Below are positions 21,860 through 30,926 of a stretch of DNA of 64,000 nucleotides, piece by piece. The translations under genes were made by a program, and so were the position numbers. Position 1 is the stretch's first letter, and the number at the start of each line of letters is the position of its first letter. The notes beneath the pieces are model-generated. The model searched no databases, was not told the DNA's origin, and saw only the letters and a program-made list of their open reading frames with translations. Source of the stretch: an uncultured Actinomycetota bacterium (GTDB lineage Bacteria > Actinomycetota > Actinomycetes > CAVWCF01); contig CAVWCF010000001.1 of NCBI GenBank assembly GCA_963753435.1, positions 480,001-544,000 of the forward strand, read 5' to 3'.

Positions 21860-24800
21860 ATGGTGACCAGTGCCACGGTGGCGACCACCGTTCCCACAAC
21901 TGTCCCTCAAGAGCCCGGCTGGGCCGTCCTCGACGGCAACGAGGCGGCAGCGTCGGTTGCCTACGCGCTGTCAGACGTTGTTGCCATCTATCCGATAACG
22001 CCGGCTTCGCCCATGGGCGAGTTCGCCGACTCGTGGTCGGGCGCGGGAAAGCCGAATCTCTTCGGCGCGGTTCCCGACGTCATCGAGATGCAGTCCGAGG
22101 CAGGAGCTGCGGGTGCCTTGCACGGCGCTGCGACGACGGGCGCGTTGGCGACCACCTTCACCGCCTCCCAGGGCTTGCTGCTCATGCTGCCGAACATGTT
22201 CAAGTTGGCCGGCGAACTCACACCGGCAGTGATTCACGTCGCCGCGCGCACTGTGGCCACGCACGCCCTGAGCATCTTCGGCGATCACAGCGACGTGATG
22301 GCTGCCCGGACCACTGGTTGGACCATGCTGGCCTCCGGCAGCGTCCAGGAAGCGCAAGACTTCGCCGCCGTCGCACATGCGGTGAGCCTCAATTCGCGGC
22401 TGCCGGTCCTGCACTTCTTCGATGGTTTTCGCACCTCGCACGAGGTCGCCAAGATTCGCCGACTGGCTGCGGACGACCTGCGGGCGCTGGTTGACGCTGA
22501 CCGGGTCGCCGAGCATCGCGCCCGCGGCCTGACTCCGGACGCCCCGGTTCTGCGCGGCACGGCGCAGAACCCCGACGTCTTCTTCCAGGCCCGGGAGGCG
22601 GCGAACCGCTACCACGACGCCGTCCCCGATGCGGTTGCGTCGGCCTTCACGGCTTTGGCTGAGCGCACGGGGCGGACCTACCAACTGGTCGACTACCACG
22701 GGGCGCCGGACGCTGACCGCGTCATCGTGCTGATGGGCTCGGCGGCCGGGACGGTCGCCGAAGCGGTGGACGCGCTGGTGGCTGGTGGCGAGAAGGTCGG
22801 TGTGGCCACGGTTCGACTCTTCCGGCCCTTCCCCGCTGCGGCGCTGCTGAGCGCGCTGCCCGAAACTGTTCGCGCCGTGGCAGTCCTGGACCGCACCAAG
22901 GAACCGGGCGCCCCCGGTGAACCGCTGTTCCTGGATGTGGCCGCGACGCTGGGGCAAGCAGTGGCAACCGGTCAACGGAGCACGGCGCCGAGAGTCATTG
23001 GTGGCCGATACGGACTGTCCTCAAAGGAATTCACCCCAGCCATGGCAGCGTCCGTGTTCGAGCACGCCAGCGCCGTCCTGGCCGACGGCCTGGACGCCCC
23101 CGGAGCACCGCCGGCGCACGGCTTCACCGTCGGCATCGTCGACGACGTGACCCGCCTTTCGCTGCCCACACACGAACCGCTGCCCAACCTCGCCCCCGTA
23201 CGCACCGCGGTGTTCTACGGCCTCGGTAGCGACGGCACCGTCAGCGCCAACAAGGCCGCGGTGAAGATCCTCGGCGAGAACACCGACCTGCACACGCAGG
23301 GCTACTTCGTTTACGACTCCAAGAAGTCCGGTGCTGTCACCGTCAGCCACCTGCGGATGTCCGAGGACCCGATCCGTTCGGCCTACCTGGTTTCCGGGGC
23401 GGATTTCGTCGCCTGCCATCAGTTCTCCCTGCTGGAGCGAATGGACGTACTCGGCCTGGCGCACCCAGGGGCGACGTTCCTGCTCAACAGCCAGTACGGC
23501 CCGGACGAGGTTTGGGACCACCTGCCAGTTGAGGTGCAACAGGCGATCGTGGACAAGGGGCTGCGGCTGTTCGTGATCGATGCCTACGGCGTATCGGCCG
23601 CCGCCGGACTGCGCCAGCGCATCAACTCCGTGATGATGCCGGCGTTCTTCGCGCTATCAGGAGTGCTGCCCGCGGACGAGGCCCTCGGTCACATCCGGCG
23701 GCACTTCGAGAAGACTTACGCACGCCGCGGCCGCACCGTGGTGGAGCAGAACTTGGCCGCGATCGATGCCGCGCTACAGGCGCTGCACGAGGTCGAAGTG
23801 CCCGGGACGGTCACCTCGCAGATCCGCCGCAGGCGCCCAGTGCCCGAGGACGCACCGGACTTCGTCCAACGCGTCACCGCCCGGATGATCGCCGGTGAGG
23901 GCGACCTGCTGCCGGTCAGCGCGCTGCCCGTGGACGGGTCGTTCCCGACTGCCACCGCGCAATACGAGAAGCGCACGCTGGCGCTGGAGATCCCGATCTG
24001 GGATCCCAGCATCTGCATCGACTGCAACAAGTGCGCCATGGTCTGCCCGCACACCGCTATTCGCGCCAAGGTCGCCGAGCCCGCCGCATTCGACATGCTC
24101 GGGACCGATCTGCCGCGCAAGGACTTCCGGTCCCGCGAACTGCCCGACCGCGCATTGGTGATCCAAGTCGCCCCCGACGATTGCACCGGCTGCGGCATCT
24201 GTGTCGACGTCTGCCCGGCCCGCAGCAAGTCCGAGGCCAAGCACAAGGCGATCAACATGGAGCCGATCGGGGAGCACCTGGACGTGGAACGCGAACGGTT
24301 CGCCGCGTTCCTGGACCTGCCCGAGGCTCCCCGCGACCTGGTCCCGCACGGGACGATCAAGGGCTCCCAATTGCTGCAGCCGCTGTTTGAGTTCTCCGGC
24401 GCCTGCTCCGGATGCGGTGAGACGCCGTATCTGCGGCTGGTCTCGCAGCTGTTCGGCGATCGCGCGATCATCGCCAACGCGACCGGCTGCTCGTCGATCT
24501 ATGGCGGGAACCTGCCGACCACCCCCTGGTCGGTGAACGCCGACGGGCGCGGTCCGGCCTGGTCCAACTCCCTGTTTGAGGACAATGCCGAGTTCGGCCT
24601 GGGGATGCGGCTGGCGCTGGATCAGGCGCAGGCGCTCGCGATCGAGTTGCTGCGGCAGTTGGCTCCCCGCATCGGCGACGACACGGTGACAGCACTGATC
24701 AGCGGCATCGGCGCCCGCGATGACGTCGGGATCGCCGATCAACGAACCCGAGTGGCGGCGCTGAAGCAGCAACTCGGCGCAGTGGACGACAGCGGTCCCG

Positions 24801-25525
24801 ACCACCTGGCCGCACGCACCTTGCTGACCGTGGCTGACGACTTGGTCCACCGCAGCGTGTGGATCGTCGGCGGGGACGGCTGGGCCTACGACATCGGCTT
24901 CTCCGGCCTGGACCACACCTTGGCCGCCGGACGTGACGTCAACCTGCTGGTCCTGGACACGGAGGTCTACTCCAACACCGGGGGCCAGGCGAGCAAGTCC
25001 ACGCCCCGCGCAGCAGTGGCGAAGTTCGCCACCGGCGGCAAGCCAACACCGAAGAAGGACCTCGGGATGATCGCGATGGCCTACGGCACTGCGTATGTCG
25101 CCCAGATCGCATTGGGCGCCAACGACGTGCAGACCTTGCGCTCCCTGCAGGAGGCCGAAGCCTTCCCCGGACCCTCGCTGGTCATCGCGTACTCGACGTG
25201 CATCGCACACGGCATCGACATGAAGACGTCCATGACGCACCAGAAGGACGCCGTGGCAAGCGGCTACTGGCCACTGTTCCGATTCCGGCCGGGTAGCGAC
25301 GAGCACGAACACCCGTTCAGCCTGGACTCCAAGGAGCCGTCGATCCCGTTCAAAGACTTCGCCAAGTCCGAGGCACGGTTCGCAATGCTCGCTCGCACTC
25401 ACCCGGAGGCGGCCGAACACCTTGGCCGCGCCGCCCAGGCCGACATCGACGAACGCTGGCGCTACTACAGCCAACTGGCCGGACTGGAACGCTCGGTTGC
25501 GGCGGATGCGGAGGAAACGGAATGA
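21860..25525 (+). CDS. nifJ: Pyruvate:ferredoxin/flavodoxin oxidoreductase, single-chain PFOR
   Basis: DGNEA, YPITP, QSEAGAAG, YDSKKSG, two CxxCxxCxxxCP Fe-S motifs, EFSGACSGCGET, GGDGWAYDIG, YSNTGGQ. Confidence 0.96.
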   Translation: MVTSATVATTVPTTVPQEPGWAVLDGNEAAASVAYALSDVVAIYPITPASPMGEFADSWSGAGKPNLFGAVPDVIEMQSEAGAAGALHGAATTGALATTFTASQGLLLMLPNMFKLAGELTPAVIHVAARTVATHALSIFGDHSDVMAARTTGWTMLASGSVQEAQDFAAVAHAVSLNSRLPVLHFFDGFRTSHEVAKIRRLAADDLRALVDADRVAEHRARGLTPDAPVLRGTAQNPDVFFQAREAANRYHDAVPDAVASAFTALAERTGRTYQLVDYHGAPDADRVIVLMGSAAGTVAEAVDALVAGGEKVGVATVRLFRPFPAAALLSALPETVRAVAVLDRTKEPGAPGEPLFLDVAATLGQAVATGQRSTAPRVIGGRYGLSSKEFTPAMAASVFEHASAVLADGLDAPGAPPAHGFTVGIVDDVTRLSLPTHEPLPNLAPVRTAVFYGLGSDGTVSANKAAVKILGENTDLHTQGYFVYDSKKSGAVTVSHLRMSEDPIRSAYLVSGADFVACHQFSLLERMDVLGLAHPGATFLLNSQYGPDEVWDHLPVEVQQAIVDKGLRLFVIDAYGVSAAAGLRQRINSVMMPAFFALSGVLPADEALGHIRRHFEKTYARRGRTVVEQNLAAIDAALQALHEVEVPGTVTSQIRRRRPVPEDAPDFVQRVTARMIAGEGDLLPVSALPVDGSFPTATAQYEKRTLALEIPIWDPSICIDCNKCAMVCPHTAIRAKVAEPAAFDMLGTDLPRKDFRSRELPDRALVIQVAPDDCTGCGICVDVCPARSKSEAKHKAINMEPIGEHLDVERERFAAFLDLPEAPRDLVPHGTIKGSQLLQPLFEFSGACSGCGETPYLRLVSQLFGDRAIIANATGCSSIYGGNLPTTPWSVNADGRGPAWSNSLFEDNAEFGLGMRLALDQAQALAIELLRQLAPRIGDDTVTALISGIGARDDVGIADQRTRVAALKQQLGAVDDSGPDHLAARTLLTVADDLVHRSVWIVGGDGWAYDIGFSGLDHTLAAGRDVNLLVLDTEVYSNTGGQASKSTPRAAVAKFATGGKPTPKKDLGMIAMAYGTAYVAQIALGANDVQTLRSLQEAEAFPGPSLVIAYSTCIAHGIDMKTSMTHQKDAVASGYWPLFRFRPGSDEHEHPFSLDSKEPSIPFKDFAKSEARFAMLARTHPEAAEHLGRAAQADIDERWRYYSQLAGLERSVAADAEETE

Positions 25526-26517
25526 GCGTCGACCTGACCGTCACCTACCTGGGGATGCAACTGCATTCCCCGCTCGTCGCCTCGGCCGGTCCGCACACCC
25601 GCAGCCTGGACAACCTGCGGCGCCTGGAGGACGCCGGCATCGGGGCCGTGGTGCTGCCCTCCCTCTTCGAGGAGCAACTGATCGCGGAGTCGACACAGGT
25701 CGACGCACTGGTGGGCGACTTGGGTGCCGGCTTCGCGGAGACCAGTGGCTTCTACTCCGAGGATGTCGCGTTCGCGACGGGACCAGATGAGTACTTGGAG
25801 TTGTTGGCCGGCGCCAAGGCGGCCTTGAGCGTCCCCGTGGTCGCCAGTCTCAACGGCATCAGCGCTTCCGGGTGGACTCACTACGCCTCGCTGCTGCAGG
25901 AGGCCGGAGCCGACGCGCTGGAACTCAACGAGTACCGAATTGCGGCGGACCCGGACCGCTCCGCCGCCGACGTGGAGGCGGAGGTGCTCGACGTGATCGA
26001 GCAGGTCCGACAGGCCGTGAGCATTCCGATCGCGGTCAAACTGGGCCCCTACTTCACGTCCCTGCCGCATCTGGTGCGCCGCATCGAGAAGTCCGGGGCC
26101 AGTGGGCTGGTGCTGTTCAACCGCTTCTACCAGCCCGATTTGGATTTGGAGTCACTGCGCGCGACACCGGCCCTGGTGTTGTCCACCTCGGCTGATCTGC
26201 GCCTGCCACTGCGCTGGATCGGGCTGCTGCGCCACCTCACCGACCTGAGCCTGGCGTTGTCATCCGGAGTGCACACGGCCGAGGACGCGATCAAGTCGAT
26301 CCTGGTCGGCGCAGACGCGGTGATGATGACGTCGGCCTTGCTGCACCACGGCGCCGAGCACGTCACAACCGTGCAGGCAGGCATGCAGGCCTGGTTCGAC
26401 GAGCACGAGTACGAGTCGGTTGACCAGGCCCGCGGTTCGGCCGCTTGGGCGACCGGGCCGGACCCCACCGCCTTCGAAAGAGCCAACTACCTGACCGTCC
26501 TGACCAGCTACGTGTGA
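25522..26517 (+). CDS. Dihydroorotate dehydrogenase-like flavoprotein (PFOR-associated type)
   Basis: YLGMQLHSPLVASA, PSLFEEQ, ALELN, KLGPYF, LFNRFYQPD, FERANY; ATGA overlap with PFOR. Confidence 0.9.
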   Translation: MSVDLTVTYLGMQLHSPLVASAGPHTRSLDNLRRLEDAGIGAVVLPSLFEEQLIAESTQVDALVGDLGAGFAETSGFYSEDVAFATGPDEYLELLAGAKAALSVPVVASLNGISASGWTHYASLLQEAGADALELNEYRIAADPDRSAADVEAEVLDVIEQVRQAVSIPIAVKLGPYFTSLPHLVRRIEKSGASGLVLFNRFYQPDLDLESLRATPALVLSTSADLRLPLRWIGLLRHLTDLSLALSSGVHTAEDAIKSILVGADAVMMTSALLHHGAEHVTTVQAGMQAWFDEHEYESVDQARGSAAWATGPDPTAFERANYLTVLTSYV

Positions 26518-26529
26518 TCGGAGGAGCCG

Positions 26530-27414
26530 ATGAGCCGACTGAATGAAGTTAGGGAGCCGCTGGAGCGGTTCCGTAGCGCCTTCGCAGAGCACCTTCCGGC
26601 CGCGGACCGATTGGACTTCAACGTCGACCGGCTGACTCCCGAGGGGCGGACCTATCTGCGTGCGGAGACCTACGCAACGCCCACCTTGTCCCGGCTGGTT
26701 ATGGAGGAGTACCTGATCGGTAGCCGCATGCACGGCACGGTGATCATGGCCTTCGGCCAGCCGACCAGCGAGCAGCCGATCTTCTTCTACCAGCTCGGCG
26801 GGGTGGGCGACCGTTCGATCGCAGTGCTGGACATCAGCCCCGTCACTGCCGACCTTGATCTGTCCGCACTCGCGCCGGTGCACGCGCACTACGCCGAAGC
26901 GCTGGGCCTGACCGAGACCGCAACCGGATGGCTGCAAACCATCTGCTCGCCGTACTTGCTGCACTGCAACTACGCGGAGTTGGACGAGGAACTGTTCATC
27001 GAGGCCATGGCGGCCTACTTGGACGTCTGGATGACGCATTTTCACGGCGCGGAACTGCCCACAGGCTCCGATGCCCGCACCGAGCAGGTGACCAACGCGC
27101 TGTACAAGTTCAAGTTCCAGCTGCACCACCACGACCCGGCGTACGGGTTCTTCGCCAGGGCCTGGGGCAAGCCCGCCGCGGACGCATTCATCGACATCGA
27201 ATGCGGGGACCATCCCGCCTACCTGCCGCCGGTTTCCCTCGACGAGCATGTGAAGGTCTGGCACAACGACGAACTCAACGTCGTGTGGACCGAGGCCGCC
27301 CAGCAGGTGGTCGAAGCGGCGCCGGATGCCGACGCACGCCGGGAGCAGGTGGAGGCCGCTGCTGCTGAGGCTGGCTTCGGCATCGTCACCGCCGAACTGC
27401 TGGATCGCTTCTGA
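26530..27414 (+). CDS. Ferredoxin-dependent bilin reductase (PcyA/PebA/RCCR)-fold protein with C-terminal PCP_red-like domain
   Basis: YATP..E, QPIF, AVLDISP, W..ICSPY and HDP..FFARAWG..AADAFI follow the motif order of PcyA (recalled sequence); C-terminal WTEAA..P..R..E..A.EAG..VTAELL; GGAGGAG RBS. Confidence 0.78.
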   Translation: MSRLNEVREPLERFRSAFAEHLPAADRLDFNVDRLTPEGRTYLRAETYATPTLSRLVMEEYLIGSRMHGTVIMAFGQPTSEQPIFFYQLGGVGDRSIAVLDISPVTADLDLSALAPVHAHYAEALGLTETATGWLQTICSPYLLHCNYAELDEELFIEAMAAYLDVWMTHFHGAELPTGSDARTEQVTNALYKFKFQLHHHDPAYGFFARAWGKPAADAFIDIECGDHPAYLPPVSLDEHVKVWHNDELNVVWTEAAQQVVEAAPDADARREQVEAAAAEAGFGIVTAELLDRF

Positions 27415-27433
27415 GCCCGGGCGGGCAACCTGG

Positions 27434-28081
27434 TCAGTTGTTCGATCCGACCAGCACAGCGGGAACGTCAATTCCCAACTCCCCCGCCGCCTCAACTACT
27501 GCCGGCGGCAACGGATCGAAACGGGCGCCTTTGGTCTTCGCGGTCATGGCCGCATGGATAGCGGCACGGATCGAATCCTCAACCAATCCGCGAGTCCGTT
27601 CGGCTTCAGCCGGTCCGGCCCAGGTTTCGATCCGCCAACGTTCCACCGCCCGCAATGCAATCGACGCCGCCAGCGTCCCCGCGTAGCAGAGCTGAAACGC
27701 CACCAGCCGCGCGAGGCGATGCGCGGCTTCAGCGGAGTCTCGGTCGATCTCCAGGTCGCCGCTACCGGTAACCCAGCCGAGCAACTGGCGAGCGTCGAGT
27801 CGGGTGCCGTCCGGCAGCCGCACAGTTTCCCCTTCCGGGGGGATGAGCATGGCGACGGGCGGCTCACCCAGGACGTCTGCGACTGCGGCCCACTCATCCA
27901 GCGAGAGCCGACGACGCCCCTGTTCGATGTTCGTCACCGCGGTGGCGTTCAGCCCGTAGCCGGCGGCCTCCAGCCGATCCCCCAACTCCCGCGCCGACCA
28001 GCCGCGGGCGCCACGGTGCACCCGCATCCATCTGACGACGGTCTCGCCCAGGTCTGTGCCGGTCTTGGCCTTTGTCGTCAT
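27434..28081 (-). CDS. XRE-family HTH transcriptional regulator
   Basis: RGWSARELGDRL..TAVTNIEQGRRRLSLDEWAAVADVLG. Confidence 0.85.
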   Translation of the reverse strand: MTTKAKTGTDLGETVVRWMRVHRGARGWSARELGDRLEAAGYGLNATAVTNIEQGRRRLSLDEWAAVADVLGEPPVAMLIPPEGETVRLPDGTRLDARQLLGWVTGSGDLEIDRDSAEAAHRLARLVAFQLCYAGTLAASIALRAVERWRIETWAGPAEAERTRGLVEDSIRAAIHAAMTAKTKGARFDPLPPAVVEAAGELGIDVPAVLVGSNN

Positions 28082-28182
28082 GCACCAAACCTATGGCCTC
28101 AAGGGAAGCCATCTCACCGGATCAGCTTTACGCCAGAAGAGTCGCCGCAAGGTCGCCTCAGTCCCGCATGCACATGCGCCAC

Positions 28183-28374
28183 TCAGCCGTAGAACAGCTG
28201 AAACAACTCATAAACGGCGATGGCCGGCCAGACGATCGCCTTGGGGATGGCCAGGACGTAGTCCCAGAAGCGGCTTGCCTCGACGAAGAAGTAGATGCCC
28301 GCGCCGATCAAACCGAGTCCGTAGACCGCGTTGCCACCTGCACTGGTGCCAGCAGAACTGTTCGATGAACCCAT
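28183..28374 (-). CDS. Small 2-TM membrane protein
   Basis: GNAVYGLGLIGAGIYF..FWDYVLAIPKAIVWPA; GGAGGGAGG RBS before ATG 28374. Confidence 0.8.
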   Translation of the reverse strand: MGSSNSSAGTSAGGNAVYGLGLIGAGIYFFVEASRFWDYVLAIPKAIVWPAIAVYELFQLFYG

Positions 28375-28507
28375 TTCGCCTCCCTCCGATTGCCGATCCC
28401 AGGCTAGGGGTTGACCGCGCCGGCGATCAGGACTGAAGGCCCTGCGCTGCGGGGCTGTCCTGCGGCAGGCTTCGCGGTAGCCGACAGGGGATGCGGCGTG
28501 GAGGTGT

Positions 28508-28891
28508 GTGGTGGCCAAAGTGCAGAAGGCGACCGCTGCGACGGGTTCGGCCGGGAAGGTTCAGCCCGCCTCAGTGGACCAGGAGTCACCGAAGCCCGGC
28601 ATCGTGCTGCGCAGCTACCGGTTCAGCCTCAAATCGGTGGAGAAGACCAGCGTCTTCGTCGGCGGCAACGCCATCGGGGCGCTACGCGTCATCGGCCTAC
28701 CCAAAGGCGCCACATCCAAGTTGCGCAACGGCCAGGCAGCATCACTGCGTGGTGTCACCCAGTGGTCTGACGACGTCGGCACCAAGGTCGCCCACGGCAT
28801 CGGCAAGGGCAAGGTGCTGGCCAAGCAGGGAGCCAAAGACGGGGCCCGCGCCTGGGCGCGCGGCATGAAGTTCTTCATCACGCTGCGCTGA
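28508..28891 (+). CDS. Hypothetical basic protein
   Basis: GGAGG upstream, GC3-rich codons, Lys-rich sequence. Confidence 0.6.
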   Translation: MVAKVQKATAATGSAGKVQPASVDQESPKPGIVLRSYRFSLKSVEKTSVFVGGNAIGALRVIGLPKGATSKLRNGQAASLRGVTQWSDDVGTKVAHGIGKGKVLAKQGAKDGARAWARGMKFFITLR

Positions 28892-28982
28892 CCCGCCGCC
28901 TGACCCCCGGTGTGGCGAGACGTCGGCAGGTCCGGACCGCGTCGCCCACGTTGGCTAGCGTTGCGTCGTGATCGGCGTAGGG

Positions 28983-29120
28983 ATGCGTGCGGCCACGTTT
29001 GCACTGATGCGTGGCCTTGCGGACATGGTGACCTGGGCGCTGTTGGGCGTGGTGCTGCCCCTGCTGGGAGCGTGGATGGCAGTCCAGACCCTCGGGTTCT
29101 ACCTCTGGCTGCGGCCCTAG
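28983..29120 (+). CDS. Small membrane peptide (45 aa), below the ORF-track cut-off
   Basis: MRAATFALMRGLADMVTWALLGVVLPLLGAWMAVQTLGFYLWLRP, translated by hand. Confidence 0.5.
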   Translation: MRAATFALMRGLADMVTWALLGVVLPLLGAWMAVQTLGFYLWLRP

Positions 29121-29158
29121 CCGGACTACCCCCCGGAACCGGCCCTCGTTGAACGAGC

Positions 29159-29822
29159 TCAGTCGAGGCTGAACGGCGGGTACTTGTCAGTCAGCAACAG
29201 CGTTGCGTAGGCAAGGACTCGAAGCGTCCAGCGCCCGACCCCGACCACGTAGTCGAACAGGCCCTGCGGGTAGCGGCCGGTGAACAGAATCGCGAACCAG
29301 GCGATGATCACGGCGAAGACCGCGCCGATGTACAAGAAGAACAGCACCACGTAGTGCGGGATCGCGAGGAACCACTTGACGAGGGGCAACCAGCGGTTCA
29401 GGTCCTGCGGTACATCGGGATAGTCGAGATCCAGGTGCACCGCCTGCTCGTCCTCGGTCGACGGGTACGCGTCCGTCAGCAACGCAAAATACGCGCCAAT
29501 ACGGGCACCGAAGCGGTTGAGCTCCAGTGCGAAGTTGAACCACCACCGCGGGTACCGCTGCCTGAAGATGATCAGCAGCGCGGTCACCACCGCCAGGCTC
29601 GTCGCGATGCTGCCCGAGCTCCAACTCGCGCTGGAGACAACATCACCGGCCTCATCGATCAGAGTGACGGTGCTCTCCGAACTCGTACTCAGGATTGAGA
29701 AGACAATTGCGATCGGGATGATCCAAAGGATCCGGACAGAACGTGGTGAAGCGGTCCAACTGCTCCGGGTAGTCGACCTCTAGGCGCGCTGCGTAACGGC
29801 TATCTGAACTGCTCGTAGTCAT
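29159..29822 (-). CDS. DUF4389 membrane protein, frameshifted around 29640-29740
   Basis: LEVDYPEQLDRFTT in one frame; YPRWWF, LNRWLPLVKWFLAIPHY, ILFTGRYP, TDKYPPFSLD in another. Confidence 0.82.
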
Positions 29823-29945
29823 GCCTCCATCTTGCAGGCTTTGGGTCACGACCGTGATCAGATTTGGGATTCGGACGGGCGCCAGACCTGGTCACCGTTG
29901 CCGATCGGAATCGACACCGGAGGCCGTTCCGGCCAGGCTTGGGTG

Positions 29946-30599
29946 ATGGGCGCATTGCTACGAGGCGCGACAGTTGCGGCGGCGGCGGGAGCCGTCTACG
30001 CGCTGCGGCTACGCCAGATCCAGCTGCACTGGGGCGCGACGCCGAGCGAGTTGGGCGCAGAGTTGCCCGGGGACTCCATCCTCGAGGAGGCCGACCTGGT
30101 CGCTACCAGAGCCGTCGGTATCGATGCCCCGGTGGCGGCCGTCTGGCCATGGCTGGCCCAGATGGGCCAAGGGCGCGGCGGTCTGTACTCCTATGACTGG
30201 CTGGAGAACCTCGTCGGCTGTCAGATTCACAGCGCGGATCGAATCGTGGCGCAGTGGCAAGGGGTGAGCGAGGGAGACGAGTTCCGACTGCACCCGGATG
30301 TCGCACTGCGGGTGGAGCTGGTAGACCCGCCGAACGCCTTGGTGGTGCGCGGTGGCGTACCGGCGTCTGGAGCCGTTGGTGAGGACGAAGCCCCCTATGA
30401 CTTCACCTGGGCTTTCGTGCTCCAGCCGTCCGGAAGCGACCGGTCGCGACTCGTTGTCCGGGAGCGGTACCGCTACCTGACCAAGTGGGCTCCGCTGCTA
30501 GTCGAGCCGGTCGCCGCCGTCAGCTTCGTCATGACCCGCAGAATGCTTGTCGGCATTCGCGAGCGCGCCGAGGCACTGCCAACGCACTCCCCTAGCTGA
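29946..30599 (+). CDS. SRPBCC-like family protein
   Basis: WGAT..LPGD, ATRAVGIDAP..VWPWLAQMGQGRGGLYSYDWLEN, MTRRMLVGIRERAE. Confidence 0.85.
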   Translation: MGALLRGATVAAAAGAVYALRLRQIQLHWGATPSELGAELPGDSILEEADLVATRAVGIDAPVAAVWPWLAQMGQGRGGLYSYDWLENLVGCQIHSADRIVAQWQGVSEGDEFRLHPDVALRVELVDPPNALVVRGGVPASGAVGEDEAPYDFTWAFVLQPSGSDRSRLVVRERYRYLTKWAPLLVEPVAAVSFVMTRRMLVGIRERAEALPTHSPS

Positions 30600-30615
30600 C
30601 GCCTAGGATCGCGAT

Positions 30616-30915
30616 GTGGACAACGTTGAGCGCTTCGAGGCATTCACCGAATTGGTGACCTCCTCGTTGGAGAACGCGATGGGAACGATGCAACGAGTCC
30701 ATCAGGGTTCGGTTGACCTATCCGTGGAGTTGTTCCAACAACTCGGCTTCTGGCAGGAGCCGGCGGAGCGATACCGCAAGGCTCACGACGCTGCAATCTC
30801 CAACGTGTACGGGCGCATCGTCGAGGTGAACAACGACTTCGGCGCCATGCTGGTTCAGCAGGCCCACAATCTGGACCGGTTCCTGCGCTCAGTTGTGCCC
30901 GACGAGAAGGCCTAG
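30616..30915 (+). CDS. Hypothetical all-alpha protein
   Basis: 99-aa ORF with natural composition; TAGGAT -10-like hexamer just upstream. Confidence 0.7.
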   Translation: MDNVERFEAFTELVTSSLENAMGTMQRVHQGSVDLSVELFQQLGFWQEPAERYRKAHDAAISNVYGRIVEVNNDFGAMLVQQAHNLDRFLRSVVPDEKA

Positions 30916-30926
30916 CGCCAGCCAGC

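Noticed and set aside
21860-26517. PFOR plus DHOD-like pairing as a novelty
   Set aside because: A common gene pair in many bacteria; only the third gene is unusual
29159-29170. TCAGTCGAGG as another sigA-end copy (also weak motif echoes at ~28430, ~34343 and ~35572)
   Set aside because: Explained by a gene ending in ..LD*; the others are too short or degenerate to exceed chance
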